Of a stretch of 64,000 nt of DNA, positions 25,660 through 34,441 are shown piece after piece. The position numbers and the translations under genes are program-made. The notes under the pieces were generated by a model, which saw nothing but the letters and a program-made list of their open reading frames with translations, searched no databases and was not told where the DNA came from. The DNA lies in the NCBI GenBank assembly GCA_017993055.1, contig JAGONM010000002.1, forward strand, positions 68,821 through 132,820, in the 5' to 3' direction. The stretch comes from Armatimonadota bacterium (GTDB lineage Bacteria > Armatimonadota > UBA5829 > DTJY01). Position 1 is the stretch's first letter. Every line of letters begins with the position of its first letter.

Positions 25660-26994
25660 ATGCTGATAGGTTTCCTTGCTTTCGAACTGATTCTGCTGCT
25701 GCTAGGACTGGCGATGCTGGTGCGTCCGAAGGCGGCCAATGTCCTCGAACGGCGAGTGCTGTGCGCATTGCGCATCAGGAAGCGGGAGTCGCGAGACCGG
25801 CCGATCCCCAAGTGGCACAATGTGGTTACGGTCATCCTGGGCGCCGTCGTGGTCGCGTTTGTCATCAGCGATTGGTCGGGCCTGCGGGTATGCTCTCTGG
25901 GTGTGGAGGTGCCCATGGTCACCTCCGGACCGCTGTCACCGGAGTCCGCGAAGCGGATCGATGATCTTGTCGTTCCAGAGATCAGGTCCGGCAAGCACGT
26001 CGGGATGGTGGTAGGCATCATAGACGGTGACAGGACTTGGACGCGTGGCTATGGCCGTAAGTCCACAGGACTCGGCGATCCCCCGGACGGAGACAGCATC
26101 TTCGAAATCGGTTCCATGACCAAGACCTTTACCTGCACCGTGCTCTCGGCCATGGTTGAGAGGGGCCGGGTACGACTCGATGATCCCGTCGGACGCTATC
26201 TTCCATCGTCTGTTCACGTTCCAACGTATGGGTCGAAACAGATCACGCTGGAGATCCTGGCGATGCACACGTCCGGCCTGCCCCGCGTGGCCGACAACAT
26301 GGGGCTTGCCTCTGACTTCAGCGATGATCCATATGCCGACTACCGTGATGAGCAGCTGTACGAGTTCCTTAACACTCACAAGCTGAGGAAGAATCCCGGG
26401 GCAGAGCATGAATACTCCAATCTTGGAATGGGGCTGCTCGGACTGGCGCTTTCTCGCGAGACAGGTGTCAACTATGAGCAGATGGTTACCGGGCTTGTCT
26501 GCAAGCCTCTCGGGATGCGGGATACCACCGTCACGCTTTCCGATTCGCAGAGAGGCAGGCTTGTCCAGGGCTATGCCGTACAGGGTCGGCTGGGGAACAT
26601 ACTCCTCACCGTTCCATCGCGGAACTGGAGCTTCCAGGACTGCACCGCTGGCGCCGGAGCGCTGAAGTCCACAGCAAACGACATGCTCAGATATCTGCAG
26701 GCGAACATGGCTGCGCCCGGCGGCGATCTGGGGCAGGCACTGCAGATCGCCCATACGCCGAGACTCAAGATAGATGATGCAGAGAGCGTAGGGCTTGGTT
26801 GGTTCATGCTCAATGTTCCGTGGGCGGACGAACCGGTGATCTGGCACAACGGCGGCACAGGCGGATATTGCAGTTTCGTGGGCTTCTGCAAGAAGCGGCG
26901 GCTCGGCGTGGTGGTCCTTGCCAACTCAGCCACCGATGTTGATATCACCGCGCTTCGCATACTGAAGGCCCTGATCAGGAGAAGCGGCCAATGA
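25660..26994 (+). CDS. membrane-anchored serine hydrolase of the beta-lactamase/transpeptidase (class C/PBP-like) fold
   Basis: Two N-terminal TM helices, then SxxK active-site motif ([10 protein letters not shown]), with YSN and HNGGT-type downstream motifs (HNGGTGGY). Confidence 0.75.
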   Translation: MLIGFLAFELILLLLGLAMLVRPKAANVLERRVLCALRIRKRESRDRPIPKWHNVVTVILGAVVVAFVISDWSGLRVCSLGVEVPMVTSGPLSPESAKRIDDLVVPEIRSGKHVGMVVGIIDGDRTWTRGYGRKSTGLGDPPDGDSIFEIGSMTKTFTCTVLSAMVERGRVRLDDPVGRYLPSSVHVPTYGSKQITLEILAMHTSGLPRVADNMGLASDFSDDPYADYRDEQLYEFLNTHKLRKNPGAEHEYSNLGMGLLGLALSRETGVNYEQMVTGLVCKPLGMRDTTVTLSDSQRGRLVQGYAVQGRLGNILLTVPSRNWSFQDCTAGAGALKSTANDMLRYLQANMAAPGGDLGQALQIAHTPRLKIDDAESVGLGWFMLNVPWADEPVIWHNGGTGGYCSFVGFCKKRRLGVVVLANSATDVDITALRILKALIRRSGQ

Positions 26995-27191
26995 AGACCC
27001 GTATGCCGGAACTCAGAGCGCGCCACGGGTTGACGCAGGAGCAGCTTGCGAAGATGGTGGGCGTCCAGCGAGAGACGATCGTGCACCTGGAGAAGGGGCG
27101 GTACAACCCGTCGCTGAGGCTCGCGCACAAGATCTCGCGCGCCCTGCAGAGCACCGTCGAGGAGGTCTTCAGCTTTGAGGATGAGGACTGA
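26991..27191 (+). CDS. XRE-family helix-turn-helix transcriptional regulator (Cro/C1-type)
   Basis: 66 aa. [41 protein letters not shown] is a canonical XRE HTH. Start overlaps the hydrolase stop (ATGA). Confidence 0.8.
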   Translation: MKTRMPELRARHGLTQEQLAKMVGVQRETIVHLEKGRYNPSLRLAHKISRALQSTVEEVFSFEDED

Positions 27192-27215
27192 CAGGTCCCA
27201 TCAGTCCCATCTGTC

Positions 27216-28643
27216 CTATTCCGTCTTTGCCGTCGCCAGCTTCCCGAACCGGTTCGCGATCGCCAGCGCCGGGTCGACCGGCACGTCAGCCGGGACGACA
27301 TCCTTCGGGATGTCGATGATCGGGAGCGCCTGGGGCTGCTTGCCGCCGAACTGAGGCAGCCACTTCGCCTCCGCCGCGAACATCTCCCGCGCCATTTCTC
27401 TCGCCTCATAGAGCGTGCAGACCGCCCCCGTCAGCGGATCGAGCGCCACCGCCTGAGCCGCGAGTTCCGTATCGCCGGTCAGTGCCGCCTCAGCGGTCAA
27501 CTGCTGCACGATCACGTTTGTCATGTTGCACGCCGCGAGTTGAGGCGGAAGGTCGCCGACCACCGTCGGATGCAGGCCCATGCGGTCGATGAACATCGGC
27601 ACCTCGACGCAGCACCCGTTCGGCAGGTTCGTGATGAACCCATCGTTCCGCACGTTGCCGTTCAGCCGGAAGATGTTGCCGGTCTCCTTCGCCTCCATGA
27701 TGTAGGAGCAGTATTCGGCGCTTCGCGGGGTCAGCTTCTTCGACTCGATGCTGAGCGGGTCGGTGTTCCTGAACTTGTCCTCGAGCATCCGGCCGTACTT
27801 GTAGTACGCGCCCGACGCGCCGCCGAAGTCCGGCATATCGCAGTAGAGGTCGAGCGCCTTCTTGTTCTTGCGGAACCAGGGCAGGTACTCGGAGAGGTGG
27901 CCGGTGCTCTCGGTCATGAAGTAGCCGAAATGCCGGTAGACCTCGCCTCGGACCTTCTCGTTGATGTAGTACTCGGGCTTCTCGAACTTCTCGCGCAGGA
28001 TCGGGTAAAGATCCTTGCCGTCCTTCTCGAGCCTCAGGAACCACGCCATGTGGTTGATCCCGGCGGCGAGGTAATCAATCTCCTCCTTCGGAACGCCGAC
28101 GTATCCGGCGATCAGGTCCATCGTCGTCTGGACGCCGTGGCAGAGTCCGACGAACTGCAACTTGGGGACTGTGCCGAGCGCCCAGCAGTTCGCCGCCATC
28201 GGGTTCGCGTAGTTCAGCATGATGGCGTCGGGGCACAGCTCCATCATGTCGTTGGCGATGTCTACCAGGACCGGGATCGTCCTCAGCGCCCGGAAGATGC
28301 CACCCGGGCCGAGCGAGTCGCCGATGCACTGGTCGACGCCGTACTTCAGCGGGATCTCCCAGTCGGCCTGGAATGCATCCATCCCTCCGATCTGGATCAT
28401 GATGACCACGTAGTCGGCGCCGTCGAGCGCCTGCCGACGATCGGTGGTCGCAGAGATCCTCGACGGAAGGTTGTTCTCCCGCACGACGTCCTTCGCGAAC
28501 GCCTCCATCTTGCGGAGTCGGTCCTCCGCCGGGTCCATCAGGGCGAACTCGCTCGCCTCCAGGGCGGGCGTGGCCATGATGTCGTTCATCAGCGTCTTGG
28601 TGAATATGACGCTTCCCGCGCCGATCATTGCGATTTTGGGCAT
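27216..28643 (-). CDS. glycoside hydrolase family 4 (NAD+/Mn2+-dependent alpha-glucosidase/alpha-galactosidase-type)
   Basis: MPKIAMIGAGSVIFT N-terminal NAD-binding fold, and GLCHGV ... INHMAW motifs typical of GH4. Confidence 0.85.
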   Translation of the reverse strand: MPKIAMIGAGSVIFTKTLMNDIMATPALEASEFALMDPAEDRLRKMEAFAKDVVRENNLPSRISATTDRRQALDGADYVVIMIQIGGMDAFQADWEIPLKYGVDQCIGDSLGPGGIFRALRTIPVLVDIANDMMELCPDAIMLNYANPMAANCWALGTVPKLQFVGLCHGVQTTMDLIAGYVGVPKEEIDYLAAGINHMAWFLRLEKDGKDLYPILREKFEKPEYYINEKVRGEVYRHFGYFMTESTGHLSEYLPWFRKNKKALDLYCDMPDFGGASGAYYKYGRMLEDKFRNTDPLSIESKKLTPRSAEYCSYIMEAKETGNIFRLNGNVRNDGFITNLPNGCCVEVPMFIDRMGLHPTVVGDLPPQLAACNMTNVIVQQLTAEAALTGDTELAAQAVALDPLTGAVCTLYEAREMAREMFAAEAKWLPQFGGKQPQALPIIDIPKDVVPADVPVDPALAIANRFGKLATAKTE

Positions 28644-28688
28644 ATCAGGAACCTCCTTCGGAGTAATGGAGTCATGGACTACTTGGTC

Positions 28689-29669
28689 TCAGATCGATTT
28701 TCCTGCGACCTTGAGCACGCCGAGCGCGTCCGCCGTAACCCACTCGTTCATGCGTGTCTTGCTGACCTTGCCCCAGGAGACGGTCTCGCCTCGTCCACTG
28801 AGGTCTTTCGTCACGGCGTAGAACCGCTCCTCCGCCGGCCAGCCGCCGTCCGGGAGGCGCTTCGATTCCAGGAGATCGAGCGCATCGGCGCACCGGGGAT
28901 CGGAGATGTACCCGCCCTCGGCCATCACCTTCAGCCCGAACAGGATGTCGTACCGCCAGTAGCAGGGGTAATGCAGCCGCACGAACTGCGGGTTCATCAC
29001 CCCGCCATCGCTGATCCGATGAAACAGCCGGCGGCTCAGGAATACCTCCGCGGCCCGATCCGCTGCCTGTTTCGCCTGCTTGTCACCCGTCGCCTGGGCA
29101 TACGCTATCAGCCCTCGGAGCGGGATCAGCGTCTCCCAGAACGACGAGGTATCGGCCTCGGGATTCTTGTCGCAGTTCCAGCCGCCGTCCGGCCACTGAG
29201 TCTTGATCAACAACTCGGCGAAATCATGGCATCGGTCGCTGATCAGTCCCAATGCCACCGTGGAGAAGAGCGCATTCCCCGGCAGAGATGCGCAGAACCT
29301 GGCCCTGCCGTTGAGGCGATTGGGCCACTTGCCTTCACAGAACTGCTTGCTGACCAGCGGGCCGAAATCGAAGTCCTGCACCTGATCCCGCATCGGGATC
29401 AGCTCCGGATCGCCAGTCGGATATCCGATATCCGCCAGATGCGCGAAGACCCAGTGAGCGCCCTTCCACTTCTTGTAGGTCTGGTTCTGCCTGAAGATCC
29501 GGCCGCTCTCGTCGCGGTTGCTCAGGAGCGCGCGCACCCTCGGCGAGTCCTTGACCTTCCGCCGAAGGTCTGCCAGCGAATCCTCCGCATCTCCGAGCAC
29601 CCGGCTCCGTACCTTCCACCGGATCGAAGGCTCATCAGATGCCAGGAGTCCGTCGACGATCTCGGACAT
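28689..29669 (-). CDS. alpha/alpha-toroid repeat protein (prenyltransferase/squalene-cyclase-like QW repeats), function unknown
   Basis: QW-type motifs IKTQWPDGGWN and RLPDGGWP. Start refined to MSEIVDGLL (1-nt gap to upstream gene). No signal peptide. Confidence 0.4.
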   Translation of the reverse strand: MSEIVDGLLASDEPSIRWKVRSRVLGDAEDSLADLRRKVKDSPRVRALLSNRDESGRIFRQNQTYKKWKGAHWVFAHLADIGYPTGDPELIPMRDQVQDFDFGPLVSKQFCEGKWPNRLNGRARFCASLPGNALFSTVALGLISDRCHDFAELLIKTQWPDGGWNCDKNPEADTSSFWETLIPLRGLIAYAQATGDKQAKQAADRAAEVFLSRRLFHRISDGGVMNPQFVRLHYPCYWRYDILFGLKVMAEGGYISDPRCADALDLLESKRLPDGGWPAEERFYAVTKDLSGRGETVSWGKVSKTRMNEWVTADALGVLKVAGKSI

Positions 29670-29670
29670 T

Positions 29671-30183
29671 CTAGCCCTTGTCCTTGTTGGCTTCCCGGAA
29701 CTCCTGCGCTCGGCGGGAGCACTCCTCGCCGAGCCACGACCACGCGCGGCGTTTCCGGTCATCCTTCCAGAACTCTTCCTGTTCGGCCAGCCATGCTTTC
29801 GTGCCGATCTTCTTCCTGCGGCGCAGGTTCTCGACGCACTGGTTATGCGTGCGCCAGATCGGGTCGAACGTGAACTGAATCAGCCTCGTGCACGGAAGTT
29901 CCTTGCAGTCGGCGCAGCTCTCGAGCTTCCTGCTGTTGACGCACTTGGCGATGTCGCAACCGTCTTCATGCCCCTGGCCGATGCACTTGCCGCAGTCGCA
30001 CCTGCACCCGTGGCAAACATCATTCAGGTAGTCGCCGCAGACCCCGCAATAAAGCCCGCACGGGGCAGCACGGAGTTCTTTCTCATCCATCAGCTTCTCT
30101 TCCTCTCCCTGTGCCGCTGCAGCATGAGCTGCAAGGCCGACTGCGGTCGCTCCCACGCCTCTGAGGAATCCGCGTCTGTCCAC
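29671..30183 (-). CDS. TAT-exported cysteine-rich protein (DUF3795-like Cys pattern)
   Basis: RRGFLRGVGATAVGLAAHAAAA twin-arginine signal, followed by CGLYCGVCGDYLNDVCHGCRCDCGKCIGQ ... CADCKELPC. Confidence 0.5.
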   Translation of the reverse strand: MDRRGFLRGVGATAVGLAAHAAAAQGEEEKLMDEKELRAAPCGLYCGVCGDYLNDVCHGCRCDCGKCIGQGHEDGCDIAKCVNSRKLESCADCKELPCTRLIQFTFDPIWRTHNQCVENLRRRKKIGTKAWLAEQEEFWKDDRKRRAWSWLGEECSRRAQEFREANKDKG

Positions 30184-30194
30184 CGTTGGTGCCT

Positions 30195-31382
30195 CTACTT
30201 CACTCCGACCTGTTCCGGGCCGAGGTTCTTGAATAGGTAGAGGCCCTCTTTCCCCGGCGCGACGATGTCGAGCTTGCCGTTGCCGTCAATGTCGCCGACC
30301 CACATGTAGATCCCGGTGCCGGACGCCTGGCCCTTCTTGCCGTAGTCGATCACGCACTTGGTGAACGACTCGCCGTTCCACTTGAAGTACCAGAGGCCGA
30401 CTATGTCCGTCTCGCCCGCCTCGTGCCCGCAGTGAGCGCGGAACCTGTTGCCGGTAACAAGCTCCTTCTCGCCGTCGCCGTCTATGTCTACCCAGATCAT
30501 GTCGTGATACTGCGAGAACCAGGGATCAATCGGATGCTTGGTCCAGGTGCGAGTGCCGTCGGCGTTGTCCTTGCGGGTATAGTAGTCGAGACCGTAACCG
30601 TGCGCCTGGCCGACGACGATCTCATTCACTCCGTCGCCGTTGACATCGGCCGCGATCATCGGCACGCTCGCGCCCCCGAAATTCCATTCCTGGTGGAACT
30701 TGTACTCGCCGGTGAGTGGGTCGCCCATCGGTTCCCACCAGCCGGTCGGGGTGATGAAGCATCCCTTGCCGTTGCCTAGCACGTCGCCGAACCCCAGACC
30801 GTGCCCCTGCGGCTCCTTGCTGATGACATACTCCTTGAACGCGCCGCCCTCGAGCTTGTAGACCCGGAGCGGGTTGCCCGGCGTGTTGGGCACGATCTCG
30901 ATCTGCCCGTCGCCGTCTACGTCCCAGCCGCGGGTCGTCTCGATAGAGCCGACTTGCGCGATGTCGTGCTTCGCCCACTCGACCGGCTTGCCTTTGGGGT
31001 TCTCGATCCAGGAGAGCGTCTGACCCCACCATCCGCCGGTGACGAAATCCATGTAGCCGTCGCCGTTCACGTCCATGGGGATCGTCGAAAAGTCGTCGAA
31101 GTACTCGTCCGCCGCCTGGACATCCCGCAGCTTGTGCTTAGTCCAGTTCGGCGCTTCGTACCAGAATCCGCCGCAGACGATGTCCAGCTTGCCGTCGTTG
31201 TTGACGTCGAAGGCACCCGCAGACTCGTACGCGCCGTCGTCTATCTTGATCTTCTCCCACTCGATCCTTCGCATGTTCCGTTGTCCTCCCGATTTATCAT
31301 CTGCGGCGCTGAGAATGCCGGCGACCGTCAGTATACCAATGCAGATTGCGACCATCAGCCTCATGATTCCTACTCCTCCCAC
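30195..31382 (-). CDS. secreted FG-GAP/VCBS-type beta-propeller repeat protein
   Basis: Signal peptide. Repeated DxNxDGxxD-type loops (DVNNDGKLDIV, DVNGDGYMDFV, DVDGDGQIEIV, DVNGDGVNEIV, DIDGDGEKELV, DIDGNGKLDIV). Confidence 0.6.
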   Translation of the reverse strand: MGGVGIMRLMVAICIGILTVAGILSAADDKSGGQRNMRRIEWEKIKIDDGAYESAGAFDVNNDGKLDIVCGGFWYEAPNWTKHKLRDVQAADEYFDDFSTIPMDVNGDGYMDFVTGGWWGQTLSWIENPKGKPVEWAKHDIAQVGSIETTRGWDVDGDGQIEIVPNTPGNPLRVYKLEGGAFKEYVISKEPQGHGLGFGDVLGNGKGCFITPTGWWEPMGDPLTGEYKFHQEWNFGGASVPMIAADVNGDGVNEIVVGQAHGYGLDYYTRKDNADGTRTWTKHPIDPWFSQYHDMIWVDIDGDGEKELVTGNRFRAHCGHEAGETDIVGLWYFKWNGESFTKCVIDYGKKGQASGTGIYMWVGDIDGNGKLDIVAPGKEGLYLFKNLGPEQVGVK

Positions 31383-31385
31383 AGG

Positions 31386-33434
31386 CTATTCCGCGCTGTC
31401 TATCGCTCGCGCTGCCGTCAAGCGCTCCACGTTGGCCCTGAACAGCCGATCGTACCGACTCTGCAGTTCGGACCGCAACCCCGGATCCGACGTGACGACG
31501 ACCATGCGGGCGACGTCAACCGTGCCGAGTGCCAGGTTCAGCTTCGAACCGGTCTGATCGTGATGAACGTCGTGGATGCCGTGCCAGTCGATCTCGAAGA
31601 CCGACTTCGCGCTCAGCCACTTGGGCAGGTCAACGCTCACCTGCGCATCCGCGACCGGCTGGATCACGATCCCCAGCCGGTCGGAAGCATAGTTATCGTT
31701 GACGATCAGGAGCACCATCGCGTCGGTTCCAGCGATGAGTGCGCGAGTCCACAGCCACCGTGAAGCGTTCGTCGGCACCCGAGCGGGGCAACTGCGCGTG
31801 AGGATCGGGCCGGCGGTTCGCACTTCCGCGCCGAGCAGCCCGATTGCATGCCAGAGCACCTTCGCTTCCGGCTCGTCGGCCATGCACCCGGACGAACCGT
31901 CGCCGCCCTTCGCTGATGGTACCAGCCACCAGTACGAGAAACTCGTCGCTCCGGATGCAAGGGCATAGTAGAGTTCGATGCGCTTCTCCTCGGGAGTCGC
32001 GAATCTGAACACCTTGTCGCCCTTGATCAGCTTTGTGCAGTTCAGCATCAGGTGCAGCGGCTTGGGCGCGCAGGAGGAGCGGCATACCGACCCGACGGCG
32101 TAGACGAACGTGGCCTTGGAGTAGTGGGGGATCATGCCGGGCTTCGTCCAGTACGCCTGCGCCAGCCTGGTCTGCATGTACGGATCGGCGGCGAAGATGT
32201 CCGGGAGCTGGCCGTACACGTACCAGTTGTCGGGCTTGAAGGTCATATCTACGTTCAGCATGTTCGGTACGGACTGATCGGCCTGCCTCAGGGTCTCTGC
32301 ATGCTCGACGAGCCCTTGTCCGATCGCGCCGACCCTCGACTGCGGTGGGAGTCTCTCGATCCTGAAGTCGGCGGTGTCCGGCTCGTCGGCAAGATACCAT
32401 GCGTGGGCTCCGGGCCACGCCTTCTCCGGCTCGCCGACAATCATCTTGATGCCGAGCGACTTCATCGCCTGCACGCCTTCTGCGCTCTTCATGTAGGCCC
32501 TCACCGCGTCCGAGCCGATGATCTCCATCTGCATGTTGATGTTGTGCACGCCCATATCGGTCACGTGCGCCCGGCCGAGTTTCAGATCCGATTCCTTCCC
32601 CGGCTTTGCGCCCCAGACGCCGTATATCAGGTCGTCGGCGTAGGCGCGAATCCCTGAGATTGCGGTCGTGGCGTCGTCGTGAACCGTCTGGAAACTGTGG
32701 TATGAACCGCGGGCAAGTGGCGATTTCGGCTTGATGACGATCGGCGTTATCCCGAGTGCCGGATCCCTGCCGATGGCGGACTGCGCCGTGACATCCATGC
32801 CGTCCATCAGGACTTTGCTGACTCCGCCGGAGTGGACATAGAGGTAGACCCGATCGAGGCCCTCAGAGAAGGAGATGCCATCGACCCGCGGCTGGACCTT
32901 CATCGGCACAGTCAAGTCCTCCATGCCCGCGGATGTCTTGACCGCCAGCTGGAGGCTCGCGGAGGGAGTGTGTCTCAGTCGGATAGTGATCTCGCCGGTC
33001 GCCGACGGAGCGATCGTGCGCGGCTCGATCTTGTACCAGATCGGCTCGCCCGCCTCGATAAGCGACTTCCGCTCGGCCTCAGTCAGATCCGAGAAGAAGA
33101 TGCTCGCGGCATAGGCGACTCCCTTGTACTTGCGCTCCCTGTTGAACGCAATCGCCCTATTCAGACCTATTCCGCCGAGCATCACATCATCAACGGTGAT
33201 AGGTCGAGTAGCCGTGTTCTTGAGGTAGACGTGGCACGATCCGCCGAGCGCGCGCCGGATCGCCTCGTCGTCCATCTGTTCCTGGGTTCCCAGTTCGATA
33301 AGGCTGCTGTCACTCCAGAAGTGCGCGTACTGCGGGAACGGGATGTCCGCGACCCACGAGGCACCGATCACCGCCGCGCCGACGGATGACGCGAGACACA
33401 GGAACGCGATAGTCGCGATCAAGAAGAGTCTCAT
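31386..33434 (-). CDS. secreted hypothetical protein, paralog A of an unrecognised ~685-aa family (possible glycan-active enzyme)
   Basis: Signal peptide. Clear paralogy to 34442-36508 (e.g. YYALASGATSFSYWWL vs YYAIGNGAKGLSYWWF; LLGAEVRTAGPILTRSCPA vs LLGAEVRTAGEIITGSCPA). No family recognised by eye. Confidence 0.5.
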   Translation of the reverse strand: MRLFLIATIAFLCLASSVGAAVIGASWVADIPFPQYAHFWSDSSLIELGTQEQMDDEAIRRALGGSCHVYLKNTATRPITVDDVMLGGIGLNRAIAFNRERKYKGVAYAASIFFSDLTEAERKSLIEAGEPIWYKIEPRTIAPSATGEITIRLRHTPSASLQLAVKTSAGMEDLTVPMKVQPRVDGISFSEGLDRVYLYVHSGGVSKVLMDGMDVTAQSAIGRDPALGITPIVIKPKSPLARGSYHSFQTVHDDATTAISGIRAYADDLIYGVWGAKPGKESDLKLGRAHVTDMGVHNINMQMEIIGSDAVRAYMKSAEGVQAMKSLGIKMIVGEPEKAWPGAHAWYLADEPDTADFRIERLPPQSRVGAIGQGLVEHAETLRQADQSVPNMLNVDMTFKPDNWYVYGQLPDIFAADPYMQTRLAQAYWTKPGMIPHYSKATFVYAVGSVCRSSCAPKPLHLMLNCTKLIKGDKVFRFATPEEKRIELYYALASGATSFSYWWLVPSAKGGDGSSGCMADEPEAKVLWHAIGLLGAEVRTAGPILTRSCPARVPTNASRWLWTRALIAGTDAMVLLIVNDNYASDRLGIVIQPVADAQVSVDLPKWLSAKSVFEIDWHGIHDVHHDQTGSKLNLALGTVDVARMVVVTSDPGLRSELQSRYDRLFRANVERLTAARAIDSAE

Positions 33435-33435
33435 C

Positions 33436-34440
33436 CTAGAACTCCTGCCACACCCGCAACTGCTCCGTGGAGGATATGAACGACGCGGTGGGCTTCTCCT
33501 GTGACCAGTCTACCTCGCCGAACCGGATGTACCCGCCGGAGACGCATGCGAGCAGCGCGCGGCTCCCCCGCTCCTTCACGACTTCGACGCCTCCTGAGTC
33601 CTTCCAGAACTCCCGGCGAGTTTCGAGATCGAAGCAGTCCATCCGGTCGCTTGCGAAGACCCAGTTGCGTACCGACGTGCCTCGCATCGTCAGGTTCGCC
33701 GTAAGCAGCCAGCGCCCGCCTCGGTTGACCAGCAGGTTCGACTCAAGGCTGCCTTGGGGATGCCCGCCCTCGAGTCGTGGCTCATATCCGTTTGCAGGTC
33801 CGACCAGTATCGGCCCATGGTCCTCCCATTCGACGAGATTTGCCGAACCGGCGAGTGCGATGCACGTCGCGCCCTCGCGCGTGTTCGCGGTGTACGTCAT
33901 CCAGACGCGGCCGTCGTGCTCCAGGAGATGGGGATCGCGGCAGCTCGATATGCTGTCTGCGCGCCAGAACGCCCAGGCCTTGTCTTTGCACGGCGATATC
34001 GGATTGCCCTCCCAGCGTTCCCATTCACAGAGGTCGTCGCTGAACGCCAGGCCGATGTCCTGTGAAATGTGCTCGTTGACGCCCGTGTAAGCCATCACGA
34101 ACCGATCTCGGTGCCGGAGGATCGTCGGCGCCCAGACATGCGCGCCCTCCCAGGTCCCCGGACGGATGAGCATTACGGGGTCGTGTACTTCCCACTGGAG
34201 GAAGTCGGGGGTGCTCGCGTGGCCGAAGTAAATCTCGTTGCCGGGGTGGAAGGGCGTGCCCTCGGCGAGCCGGCGCTCGATATAGAAGAAGTGGTGACGG
34301 CCATGGTGCTCGGCGGTCGCGAAGTCGGCCACATTGCCGCTCACCGGCCGAAAACCCTGCCCGACGATATCGAGGGCAGGGCGGCGGTATTTCTCCATCC
34401 GCATCGCGAAGAGAGTCTTCTCGAACTCGATGTTGTTCAT
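33436..34440 (-). CDS. five-bladed beta-propeller glycoside hydrolase-like protein (GH32/GH43/GH130 furanosidase-type fold)
   Basis: HHFFYIER and RDPH motifs and W-rich blades, reminiscent of the GH32/43 beta-propeller. No signal peptide. 2-nt gaps to both flanking paralogs. Confidence 0.5.
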   Translation of the reverse strand: MNNIEFEKTLFAMRMEKYRRPALDIVGQGFRPVSGNVADFATAEHHGRHHFFYIERRLAEGTPFHPGNEIYFGHASTPDFLQWEVHDPVMLIRPGTWEGAHVWAPTILRHRDRFVMAYTGVNEHISQDIGLAFSDDLCEWERWEGNPISPCKDKAWAFWRADSISSCRDPHLLEHDGRVWMTYTANTREGATCIALAGSANLVEWEDHGPILVGPANGYEPRLEGGHPQGSLESNLLVNRGGRWLLTANLTMRGTSVRNWVFASDRMDCFDLETRREFWKDSGGVEVVKERGSRALLACVSGGYIRFGEVDWSQEKPTASFISSTEQLRVWQEF

Positions 34441-34441
34441 C

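Noticed and set aside
27540-29873. 777-aa + strand ORF antisense to GH4 and the alpha/alpha-toroid gene
   Set aside because: No recognisable domain and extreme Arg/Pro/Ala bias. The sense strand encodes a clear GH4.
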